Virus record (IMG/VR): IMGVR_UViG_3300010354_000066
Coordinates: 54,749 to 74,748 of that record
Direction: 5' to 3' (one strand)
DNA length: 20,000 nt
Source of the DNA: an uncultured virus (IMG/VR IMGVR_UViG_3300010354_000066)
Taxonomy: Duplodnaviria > Heunggongvirae > Uroviricota > Caudoviricetes
Below, in pieces: positions 8,083 through 15,382 of the stretch. How positions within the stretch are numbered: position 1 is the stretch's first letter; every line of letters begins with the position of its first letter. The notes beneath the pieces are model-generated. The model saw only the letters and a program-made list of their open reading frames with translations. It did no database searches and was not told where the DNA came from. The position numbers were made by a program, and so were the translations under genes.

Positions 8083-9994
8083 GGAGTTTGTAAATTCCTA
8101 CGCAGATAAAATCGCACCATGGGGCTTTAATGGATTGGGAGAAATAGTCTATAGAAGAACATATTCTAGAGATATAGAGTCTCTTGGCAGAAAAGAATAT
8201 TGGCATGAAACAATAGCACGCTGCATAAACGGAGCCCAGGCAATAGGTGCTGGGTACACTAAGGATGAAGCCGAAAGATTGTTTGATTACATCTTTAATC
8301 TAAAGGGCATTTTTGCTGGACGCTGCTTGTGGCAGTTAGGCACTCCGTTAGTTGAGAAGATGAGTGGGGTTTCGTTAGTAAATTGTTGGATGACAACTAT
8401 ATCTAAGGTAGAAGACTTTCAGTTCTTAATGGACCACTTAATGGTTGGTGGTGGAGTAGGCTTTACTGTTGAAAGAGCAAACGTGCATGATTTTCCAAAA
8501 GTTAAACAAGTAGATAAAATTGAACATATCAAATCAAATGACGCAGACTTTATTGTTCCCGATTCTAGAAAAGGCTGGTCATCTCTAATTGGCAGAGTGC
8601 TGGATAGCTATTTCTTTACAGGTGAATCATTTAGTTATAGCACAGTTTTAATTAGAGGATACGGTGCTCCACTAAAGACATTTGGCGGAACAGCATCCGG
8701 ACCAGAGGTATTAATTGAGGGCATAAAGAATATATGCGACATACTAGATTCAAGAATTGGTAAAAAGATTAGATCTATTGACGCGCTTGACATAGCTAAT
8801 ATTATTGGAAAGATTGTAGTTGCAGGGTCAGCTAGAAGATCAGCACAAATAGCTATAGGTGATCCTGATGACTTTCTTTTCTTAAGAGCAAAGAATTGGG
8901 GTAAGGGCGATATTCCAGCATGGCGCGCCAACTCAAATAATTCAATATATGCGGACTCCTATGAAGAAATTATTGATGAGTTCTGGAAGGGCTACGATGG
9001 ATCAGGAGAGCCTTATGGTCTTATTAATAGAAATCTCATTCGCAAGAATGGTCGCTTAGGAGAAAAGGCAAACGATAGCAAGGTTATTGGAACAAATCCT
9101 TGTGGAGAAATTGGATTAGAGGATGGCGAACCATGCAATCTAGCGGAGATATTCCTTCCTAATATATCTTCAAAAGAAGAATTATTAGATCTTAGCAAGC
9201 TTTTGTACAAGACTCAAAAGGCTATAACAACCCTATCTTATCCGTATAAAAAGAGTCAAGATGTCATCGAAAAGAATAGAAGACTAGGCCAGGGTATTAC
9301 TGGGTGGTTGCAAGCAACAGATGAACAGCTTTCTTGGGTTGATGAAGCTTATAAAAGTTTAAAGAATTTTGATATTGACTGGTCAAAAAATATCAATATT
9401 AACCCTTCAATAAAACTAACAACAGTGAAGCCTAGTGGAACCTTAAGTCTTCTAGCTGGTGTTACGCCTGGAATTCATCCAGCCTACGCCAAGTACTACA
9501 TTAGACGAGTTAGAATGGGATCTAATGATCCACTCGTTAACTATTGTAGAGAAAAAGGTTATAAGGTCCAATACGACATTGGTTTAGATGGAAAAGAAAA
9601 TCACACCATATGTGTAGTTGAGTTCCCATGTCAAACACCCGAGCATGCAACTCTTGCAAAAGACTTAACAGCTATCCAGCAATTGGAATGGGTTGTTAAA
9701 GCTCAGTCAATATGGGCAGATAACAATGTTTCAGTAACAGTTTACTATAGAAAAGAAGAACTTCCTGAAATTCAAGAGTGGATGAAAAAGAACTATAAGA
9801 ATAAGGTCAAATCAGTATCTTTCCTTCTTCATAGCGATCATGGTTTCAATCTTGCTCCATATGAAGAGATTGATTCAGATACTTATCTCAAACTTAAGTC
9901 AAAAATTAAATCAGATCTAACCTTTACAGATTCTAGTAATCTTGACTTAATTGATAGCCTGGAGTGCGAAGGTGGATATTGTCCAATAAAATAA
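8060..9994 (+). CDS. nrdJ: Class II (adenosylcobalamin-dependent) ribonucleotide reductase, monomeric RTPR type
   Basis: VYRRTYSR, SLVNCW, GGGVG, RRSAQIA, TNPCGEI (radical Cys), EPCNLAE, TTVKPSGT and the C-terminal CEGGYCPIK redox pair; AGGAG RBS. Confidence 0.95.
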   Translation: MQSNILSEEFVNSYADKIAPWGFNGLGEIVYRRTYSRDIESLGRKEYWHETIARCINGAQAIGAGYTKDEAERLFDYIFNLKGIFAGRCLWQLGTPLVEKMSGVSLVNCWMTTISKVEDFQFLMDHLMVGGGVGFTVERANVHDFPKVKQVDKIEHIKSNDADFIVPDSRKGWSSLIGRVLDSYFFTGESFSYSTVLIRGYGAPLKTFGGTASGPEVLIEGIKNICDILDSRIGKKIRSIDALDIANIIGKIVVAGSARRSAQIAIGDPDDFLFLRAKNWGKGDIPAWRANSNNSIYADSYEEIIDEFWKGYDGSGEPYGLINRNLIRKNGRLGEKANDSKVIGTNPCGEIGLEDGEPCNLAEIFLPNISSKEELLDLSKLLYKTQKAITTLSYPYKKSQDVIEKNRRLGQGITGWLQATDEQLSWVDEAYKSLKNFDIDWSKNININPSIKLTTVKPSGTLSLLAGVTPGIHPAYAKYYIRRVRMGSNDPLVNYCREKGYKVQYDIGLDGKENHTICVVEFPCQTPEHATLAKDLTAIQQLEWVVKAQSIWADNNVSVTVYYRKEELPEIQEWMKKNYKNKVKSVSFLLHSDHGFNLAPYEEIDSDTYLKLKSKIKSDLTFTDSSNLDLIDSLECEGGYCPIK

Positions 9995-10015
9995 TCTAAC
10001 GATAAAGGACGCCCA

Positions 10016-10411
10016 ATGTCAAAAGAAAACTTTGATAACGAAGATTTTGAAAAAATATTTTCCGAAATAGTTAATTCGGAAGATTTAAAAAACATGTCTG
10101 AAACTTATAAATCTGACATAACACTTGGTATTAAAGAATTGGTATTGGTTCAGCAATCTCTTTCTGACTGCGTATCTCATATAAGTGAGATTATACTATC
10201 AATCCTTCAAGACGAAAGTTTATTAAAGGATCCAGAGGGAGAGGTTGCTGAGTTGATAGCGTCAATATACAAAATATCAGAAGATTTCAACGATTGTATG
10301 CAGGATAAATTTGTAGAACTTGCTATAATAGATGAAGATTGTGATGAAGATGATCATGATGATATGATGAACATAGAGGATGAAGATGATACCGGAGACG
10401 GATTTTACTGA
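10016..10411 (+). CDS. Highly acidic hypothetical protein (131 aa)
   Basis: AAAGGA RBS; roughly 39 Asp/Glu against 8 Lys and no Arg (hand count); D/E-rich tail. Confidence 0.75.
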   Translation: MSKENFDNEDFEKIFSEIVNSEDLKNMSETYKSDITLGIKELVLVQQSLSDCVSHISEIILSILQDESLLKDPEGEVAELIASIYKISEDFNDCMQDKFVELAIIDEDCDEDDHDDMMNIEDEDDTGDGFY

Positions 10412-11102
10412 AGATAGAATCATAACAGTATTGAACAATGGATATGTAAGATTAGTTGACTGGATGGGATCAGACCTATCTGTAGTCAACGCTGCTAGGG
10501 CTTCTTTTGCAAAAGAGTCAAAAGAAATGTCTGTTCAAGATGGTAGACTTCTAGAGTTTTTGGTTAGAGAAAACCATATGTCACCGTTTAGACATGCTTT
10601 TATGACATTTGAATTTAAAGCTCCATTAATGGTTGCACGTCAACACTGGAAATATGTTGTTGGTTCAGATCACACCATGGATTCCTGGAATGAATCTAGT
10701 AGAAGATACATAACAATGGAACCTGAATTTTATATACCAACAAGTGAGCAGTGGAGATTAGCCCCCGACAACAAGAAGCAGGGATCTGGCGGTCCAATAG
10801 ATCCATGGACTGGATCTCTGATTACACAAGAACTGCAAGATTATATTAAACAGGGAGAAGCCTTATACAGTATGGCTATGCAGAATGGTGTTGCACCAGA
10901 GCAGGCCAGACTGTTTTTACCAGCATATGCCATGCACGTGGTATATAGGTGGTCTTGTAGCTTACAATCTGTAGCCCTATTTCTAAGTCAGAGATTGGCT
11001 GAAGATTCTCAAAAAGAAATACAAGATTATGCTAAAGCAGTTAGCATTCTTGCAATGGAAAAGTTCCCTGTTTCAATTCAACTCTTAACGAAAACGCAGT
11101 AA
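10380..11102 (+). CDS. thyX: Flavin-dependent thymidylate synthase (variant motif)
   Basis: GYVRLVD, VVNAARAS, HMSPF, FKAPLMVARQ, WNESSRRY, EQARLFLP, FLSQR...SQKEIQDYA. Confidence 0.93.
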   Translation: MKMIPETDFTEDRIITVLNNGYVRLVDWMGSDLSVVNAARASFAKESKEMSVQDGRLLEFLVRENHMSPFRHAFMTFEFKAPLMVARQHWKYVVGSDHTMDSWNESSRRYITMEPEFYIPTSEQWRLAPDNKKQGSGGPIDPWTGSLITQELQDYIKQGEALYSMAMQNGVAPEQARLFLPAYAMHVVYRWSCSLQSVALFLSQRLAEDSQKEIQDYAKAVSILAMEKFPVSIQLLTKTQ

Positions 11103-11260
11103 TGGATATATTCAGAATAATTGTTTTTACAGTTCTAATCAACTGGTCTATAAGTATGCAAATGCTAAATCAAAATTTAAAAAATAGCAGACAAAGATCG
11201 TTAGCAGTATTCTTAGCCCTTATGACTGGAGCACTAGCAGCTGCCAGTGTTGTATTATGA
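11102..11260 (+). CDS. Unannotated 52-aa protein with two hydrophobic segments
   Basis: MDIFRIIVFTVLINWSISMQMLNQNLKNSRQRSLAVFLALMTGALAAASVVL*. TAATG overlap with the thyX stop and ATGA overlap with the next start. Confidence 0.75.
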   Translation: MDIFRIIVFTVLINWSISMQMLNQNLKNSRQRSLAVFLALMTGALAAASVVL

Positions 11261-11736
11261 GATTTTATCCAGACGTATCTAGAAAAGATATGCAATACAT
11301 GCAACTTTGCATTGAGGCATCTAAGATATTCTCTACATGTGGCAAAAGAAAATACGCTGCAGTATTAGTGGATGAGCTAGGTCATATAGTTGGAATGGGG
11401 TATAATGGTGGCCCAAGAAACTCAACTCATTGTGAAGATGGCGGTTGTCCAAGACTGTTGCAAAATTCAGAAAACGGATCCAACTATGATAACTGTATAG
11501 CGATTCATGCAGAAGCAAACGCTCTACTTCACTCAGATTATTCTGCTAGGGCAAAAAAAATATACATAAATGGACCACCCTGTTATTCCTGTGCAAAGCT
11601 AATAGCTAATTCAACCGTAAGTACAATATACTATATGGCAGACACCGCTTACGCACAATGGGAAGATGTAAAAAAATTCTTAAGACAAAACAATATTGAG
11701 GTAATACAGGTACAAAATGCCGGCATCAAAGCTTAA
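11257..11736 (+). CDS. dCMP deaminase (ComEB/T4 cd family)
   Basis: STC, GYNG, HAEANAL and PCYSCAKLI zinc-deaminase motifs. Confidence 0.9.
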   Translation: MRFYPDVSRKDMQYMQLCIEASKIFSTCGKRKYAAVLVDELGHIVGMGYNGGPRNSTHCEDGGCPRLLQNSENGSNYDNCIAIHAEANALLHSDYSARAKKIYINGPPCYSCAKLIANSTVSTIYYMADTAYAQWEDVKKFLRQNNIEVIQVQNAGIKA

Positions 11737-11935
11737 TTATGTAGTAATCTACAAAAATCACAGTCAAGTATATGGTTGTTCTTCTAAAAAGATAGCAGTG
11801 GAAACTCCACCGCCAGAAGGATATAAGCCTGAAGACAAGAATATATTTTTTATTACATTTGAACCAGATACAGATAATATTTCATTTTATAAAATAGATA
11901 GTGAGAAAGAAGATAATGTCAAAGAAGCAGAATAA
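11717..11935 (+). CDS. Hypothetical protein (72 aa)
   Basis: Overlapping ORF in the operon; no motif recognised. Confidence 0.6.
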   Translation: MPASKLNYVVIYKNHSQVYGCSSKKIAVETPPPEGYKPEDKNIFFITFEPDTDNISFYKIDSEKEDNVKEAE

Positions 11936-12149
11936 TAAAAAGAAGTTAAGTGTAAAACTTCTTCATGGTCAAACGGCAATAGTTGTAGACTATGATACAG
12001 CTTTGCATATAGCTGAAACCTATGATTATTTAGCGACTCAACAGGAAGATGAATATTCAGATTCTTTTAGGGCAGTAGCAGATATGGTCCGTAATCAAGC
12101 ATACGAAAACTATTTTGACAATTCCGAAGAGAACTATGAAGAATGGTGA
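11916..12149 (+). CDS. Hypothetical protein with basic N-terminus and acidic C-terminus
   Basis: In-frame ATG 11916 preferred over GTG 11901; fills the operon. Confidence 0.6.
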   Translation: MSKKQNNKKKLSVKLLHGQTAIVVDYDTALHIAETYDYLATQQEDEYSDSFRAVADMVRNQAYENYFDNSEENYEEW

Positions 12150-12381
12150 TAAACTAGCGTTTATAACGTTCATGTTTATCTTGGGCGCTAGCATTGGTAG
12201 TAGAAACTCTAGAAAAAAATTGGATAGAAAAGAATTAGATCCGTCTATAGGCCAATACTTAAATAGGTTAATAGAATTTTATCCCACATATCAACTAGAT
12301 TATATAGAGGATGAATTTCTTACCCTAGTAGACTTTGGATTTAGTCCATCAGAAGCATTTAAAACAGTTGTAAAGTGGTGA
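12136..12381 (+). CDS. Hypothetical protein with N-terminal membrane anchor
   Basis: LAFITFMFILGASIG hydrophobic stretch; ATG 12136 preferred over TTG 12115. Confidence 0.6.
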   Translation: MKNGDKLAFITFMFILGASIGSRNSRKKLDRKELDPSIGQYLNRLIEFYPTYQLDYIEDEFLTLVDFGFSPSEAFKTVVKW

Positions 12382-12387
12382 TTTAAT

Positions 12388-13179
12388 TTGATAGATCTTT
12401 GCGTAGTAAACTATGGCACTAGGCCATTATTAAATAGGTTTCTAGACTGTCTCCATCATGATCTTCATGAAACGCCTAAGGTATGGAATTTGCACATAGC
12501 GGATAATGGATCAAAAGATGATAGTGTTTACTGGTTAAAATATAATTATGGCAGATATAAAATAAAGAAATTCTATGACAATGACAATATAGGATATTCT
12601 GCCGCCTGCAATCAGTTAGCGGCTTCTGGAGAATCTGATATTATAGCTCTTTTAAACTCAGATGTATGGATGAGCAGCGCTGATCTGGTTAAAATAGAAA
12701 ATATTTTTCTTGAAAATAATGATATACATATACTTGGACCAAAGCAAAGAGACGAAGCTGGACACATAACCCACGCAGGAATTATTGGAAGTAACACTGC
12801 CCCAAAACATAGGGCGTGGAGAGAACACGATCCAAAAGATTTACTTTACAAAGATAGAGTTAACTGCGTAACAGTGTCTGGTTCAGCATACTTTATCAGA
12901 AGATCGGTTTGGGATTCTCTAACAAATGACCCTCAATATAGAGAAATATACCCCAACGCTACAGGAGCATTTCTGCCAACCCCTCACTATTATGAAGAGA
13001 CCTGGTGCTCGTATTTTGCCAGACATCGTGGATACAATGTTGTTTATGACGGTAGCGTATCCATAGGTCATAGTTGGCATAAGTCATCACCAGTTGGTGG
13101 AGAAGCTGATTCAAAATTTTCAGTCAGTAGAGAAATATTTAGAAAAGCATGTGATTACATAGGAATAGAAAGAGATTAG
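12388..13179 (+). CDS. Glycosyltransferase family 2 (WbbL/RfbF-like)
   Basis: VVNY, DNGSKD, NIGYSAACN, LLNSD, VSGSAYFIRR and YYEE motifs; TTG start. Confidence 0.88.
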   Translation: MIDLCVVNYGTRPLLNRFLDCLHHDLHETPKVWNLHIADNGSKDDSVYWLKYNYGRYKIKKFYDNDNIGYSAACNQLAASGESDIIALLNSDVWMSSADLVKIENIFLENNDIHILGPKQRDEAGHITHAGIIGSNTAPKHRAWREHDPKDLLYKDRVNCVTVSGSAYFIRRSVWDSLTNDPQYREIYPNATGAFLPTPHYYEETWCSYFARHRGYNVVYDGSVSIGHSWHKSSPVGGEADSKFSVSREIFRKACDYIGIERD

Positions 13180-13180
13180 A

Positions 13181-13579
13181 ATGTCAGATAAGTTAAACCC
13201 ATGGATATATAATGCAGAAGTAAAAAAGGTTATTGATGGTGATACATTTGATATTATCATTGATCTTGGCTTTGATGTTCTCAAGAAAGGTAGAGTTCGC
13301 TTATATGGCGTTAACACTCCAGAGAGTAGAACTTCTAATGTCGAAGAAAAGCAAAAAGGATTAGCAGCAAAAGAATTTACCGATCAATGGTTGACAGCCG
13401 CTAATCATAGAGTTAAGATAGAAACAATCATTGATAAGAATGAAAAGTATGGAAGAGTTTTAGCTAAAGTGTGGAACGAAGCCGGAAATTGCTTAAACAC
13501 TGATATAGTTGCTGCTGGATTAGCCAGAGAATACTATGGTGTTGGCGACAAGACATGGACAGAATTCAAGAAGGACTAA
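13181..13579 (+). CDS. Thermonuclease (staphylococcal nuclease-like), no signal peptide
   Basis: VIDGDT, VRLYGVNTPE, KYGRVLA and GLAREY motifs. Confidence 0.9.
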   Translation: MSDKLNPWIYNAEVKKVIDGDTFDIIIDLGFDVLKKGRVRLYGVNTPESRTSNVEEKQKGLAAKEFTDQWLTAANHRVKIETIIDKNEKYGRVLAKVWNEAGNCLNTDIVAAGLAREYYGVGDKTWTEFKKD

Positions 13580-13580
13580 A

Positions 13581-14000
13581 GTGCAAACATTTCTACCTTA
13601 TGCTGATTTTCAGAAATCAGTAGAAGTATTAGACTATCGTAGACTAGGAAAACAACGTGTTGAAACATTTCAAGTTCTTAATATTTTACTTCAAAGAACG
13701 CCTACGAAAGGCTGGCGAAATCATCCAGTCACGCTAATGTGGACTGGCTATGAGTCAGCTTTGAAGTTATATCAGAATATAACTATTCGTGAATGGACTC
13801 GTAGAGGATATAATAACAATATGTCATATGAAGAAATAGAACCTGGTAGTGTAGTAATGCCACCATGGTTTGGTAACGATCTATTTCATAGATCTCATAG
13901 ATCAAATCTTCTTCGTAAAGACGCTGATTACTACTCGCAATTTTTTGATGAACCTAATGATCTAGAATATTATTGGCCAGGAGCAAACTATGCCGCTTAA
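13581..14000 (+). CDS. MSMEG_6728-family / pyrimidine-dimer DNA glycosylase (T4 endonuclease V-like) protein
   Basis: GTG start after AAGGA gives MQTFLPY; LDYRRLGKQRVE, GWRNHP..MW.G, EW..RGY, PPW and SHRSNLLRKD. Confidence 0.85.
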   Translation: MQTFLPYADFQKSVEVLDYRRLGKQRVETFQVLNILLQRTPTKGWRNHPVTLMWTGYESALKLYQNITIREWTRRGYNNNMSYEEIEPGSVVMPPWFGNDLFHRSHRSNLLRKDADYYSQFFDEPNDLEYYWPGANYAA

Positions 14001-14394
14001 AATATTTTTGTCAGGTGCAATTGAAGAAGTTGGCACGTATGCAACTGGATGGAGAAAAAAGGCTACTGAACTTTTACATTTAAATGGATATGATGTTTTA
14101 GATCCAACAACTATTGCAGACAAGGAATATGAAACTCCAGAAGAAATTGTAGAAAAAAATCTGTTTATGCAACGCAGAGCGGATATTCTTCTGGTAGAAT
14201 ATATGATACCAAATCGTCCATATATAGGAACTGATTTTGAGTTGGCTTGGGCTAAACTCAATAATCAACCCGCAGTAGTTTTCTGCTGTGATTCAAATAA
14301 AAATAGAGTTTATTTGAAATATATGGCAACAAAACTTGCATCATCGATGCAAGATGCGATAGAATATATCGCAAGCAATTATCCAACAAAATAA
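13990..14394 (+). CDS. Nucleoside 2-deoxyribosyltransferase / nucleotide N-glycosidase superfamily (NDT, Rcl, MilB-like)
   Basis: KIFLSGAI, WR, VLDP, ADILLV and GTDFELAWA (catalytic Glu). Confidence 0.8.
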   Translation: MPLKIFLSGAIEEVGTYATGWRKKATELLHLNGYDVLDPTTIADKEYETPEEIVEKNLFMQRRADILLVEYMIPNRPYIGTDFELAWAKLNNQPAVVFCCDSNKNRVYLKYMATKLASSMQDAIEYIASNYPTK

Positions 14395-14408
14395 ACGAAA
14401 GGCTAGAA

Positions 14409-14603
14409 ATGTCAGACAATAAGTTCAAGTATTTCACAGTAACAACAACTGCTATCGTGAAGGCTAACAATAAGACACAGGCAGAGAAGATTGCAATGAG
14501 CAATGGTCGTCGCCCCGCCGGTGTTCCTGGTGAGCTCATTTTCAAGGATGTAGAGATTGAGCGCATCTCAGCCGTAGAGGCACACGAGCAGCTCGTTGGC
14601 TGA
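14409..14603 (+). CDS. Small, probably highly expressed hypothetical protein (64 aa)
   Basis: GAAAGG RBS at 14397-14402, strongly biased codon use, followed by a hairpin. Confidence 0.8.
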   Translation: MSDNKFKYFTVTTTAIVKANNKTQAEKIAMSNGRRPAGVPGELIFKDVEIERISAVEAHEQLVG

Positions 14604-14627
14604 AATACAAAATACTGACGTAAGCTA

Positions 14628-14663
14628 GGTGCGAGGGGGAGTAATCCCCCTCAAACCATTTTT
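14628..14663 (+). terminator. Hairpin with GNRA tetraloop, probable intrinsic terminator
   Basis: GAGGGGGA-GTAA-TCCCCCTC (14633-14652), an outer GGT/ACC pair, then a T tract. Confidence 0.75.
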
Positions 14664-14679
14664 CAGATAGGATTAGATT

Positions 14680-15372
14680 ATGATATACGCACAAGTAATT
14701 GGTAGAAATGAATCATCTAGATTTCTAGAAGATATACTTGAAAGACTATCTACGCAAGTAGATAAAATTATTTTTACCGATGATTGTTCAGACGACAACA
14801 CTCCAGAAATAGCTGCCAAATATGCAGAAGTATTTCGTACTCCAGAGCCATTGTTTGCAGCTCATGAGGGCAAGCTCCGCGCATATGCGTGGGGAAATAT
14901 GGAGAAGTTTGCCAAAAAGGGTGATTGGATTATTGCAATAGATTGTGACGAAAAGTTATATCATATAGATAATTTAGAAATAGCTAAAGTTTTAGCTTCA
15001 TCTCCATATGATGTAGTCAATGTTCGCTTTTATCATATGTGGAATGATACGCAGTATAGAGTAGATAAACTATGGACTCCAAATAATAGTTCTAGAATAT
15101 TTAGATTTGTTGAAGGTGGCGGATTTGCTAATAGAAAGTTAGCATGTGGATCTGAACCTACATACGTAGTAGACTGGGTTAAGCAGAGAAATTTCTGGAT
15201 AGAGTCAGGCTTAGTTATGCAGCACCTAGGCTATATTAATGATGAAGATAAACTAGCTAAATATAAAAGATATTCAGAACTTGATGGTGGTCAATTTCAC
15301 AATTTAAATCATATTAATTCTATTATTGATAAAGATCCAGTTTTAATTAACTGGGGAACATTCGGCATCTGA
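14680..15372 (+). CDS. Glycosyltransferase family 2 (beta-glucosyltransferase-like)
   Basis: GRNE, DDCSDDNT, DWIIAIDCDE (DxD), RIFRF and HLGY motifs. Confidence 0.88.
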   Translation: MIYAQVIGRNESSRFLEDILERLSTQVDKIIFTDDCSDDNTPEIAAKYAEVFRTPEPLFAAHEGKLRAYAWGNMEKFAKKGDWIIAIDCDEKLYHIDNLEIAKVLASSPYDVVNVRFYHMWNDTQYRVDKLWTPNNSSRIFRFVEGGGFANRKLACGSEPTYVVDWVKQRNFWIESGLVMQHLGYINDEDKLAKYKRYSELDGGQFHNLNHINSIIDKDPVLINWGTFGI

Positions 15373-15382
15373 AAGGTATAAA

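Noticed and set aside
10329..10391. GAT/GAA trinucleotide-like repeat
   Set aside because: It merely encodes the Asp/Glu tail of the acidic protein.
14604..14679. tRNA or other structured ncRNA in the gap
   Set aside because: No cloverleaf or T-loop; a single terminator-like hairpin accounts for the structure.
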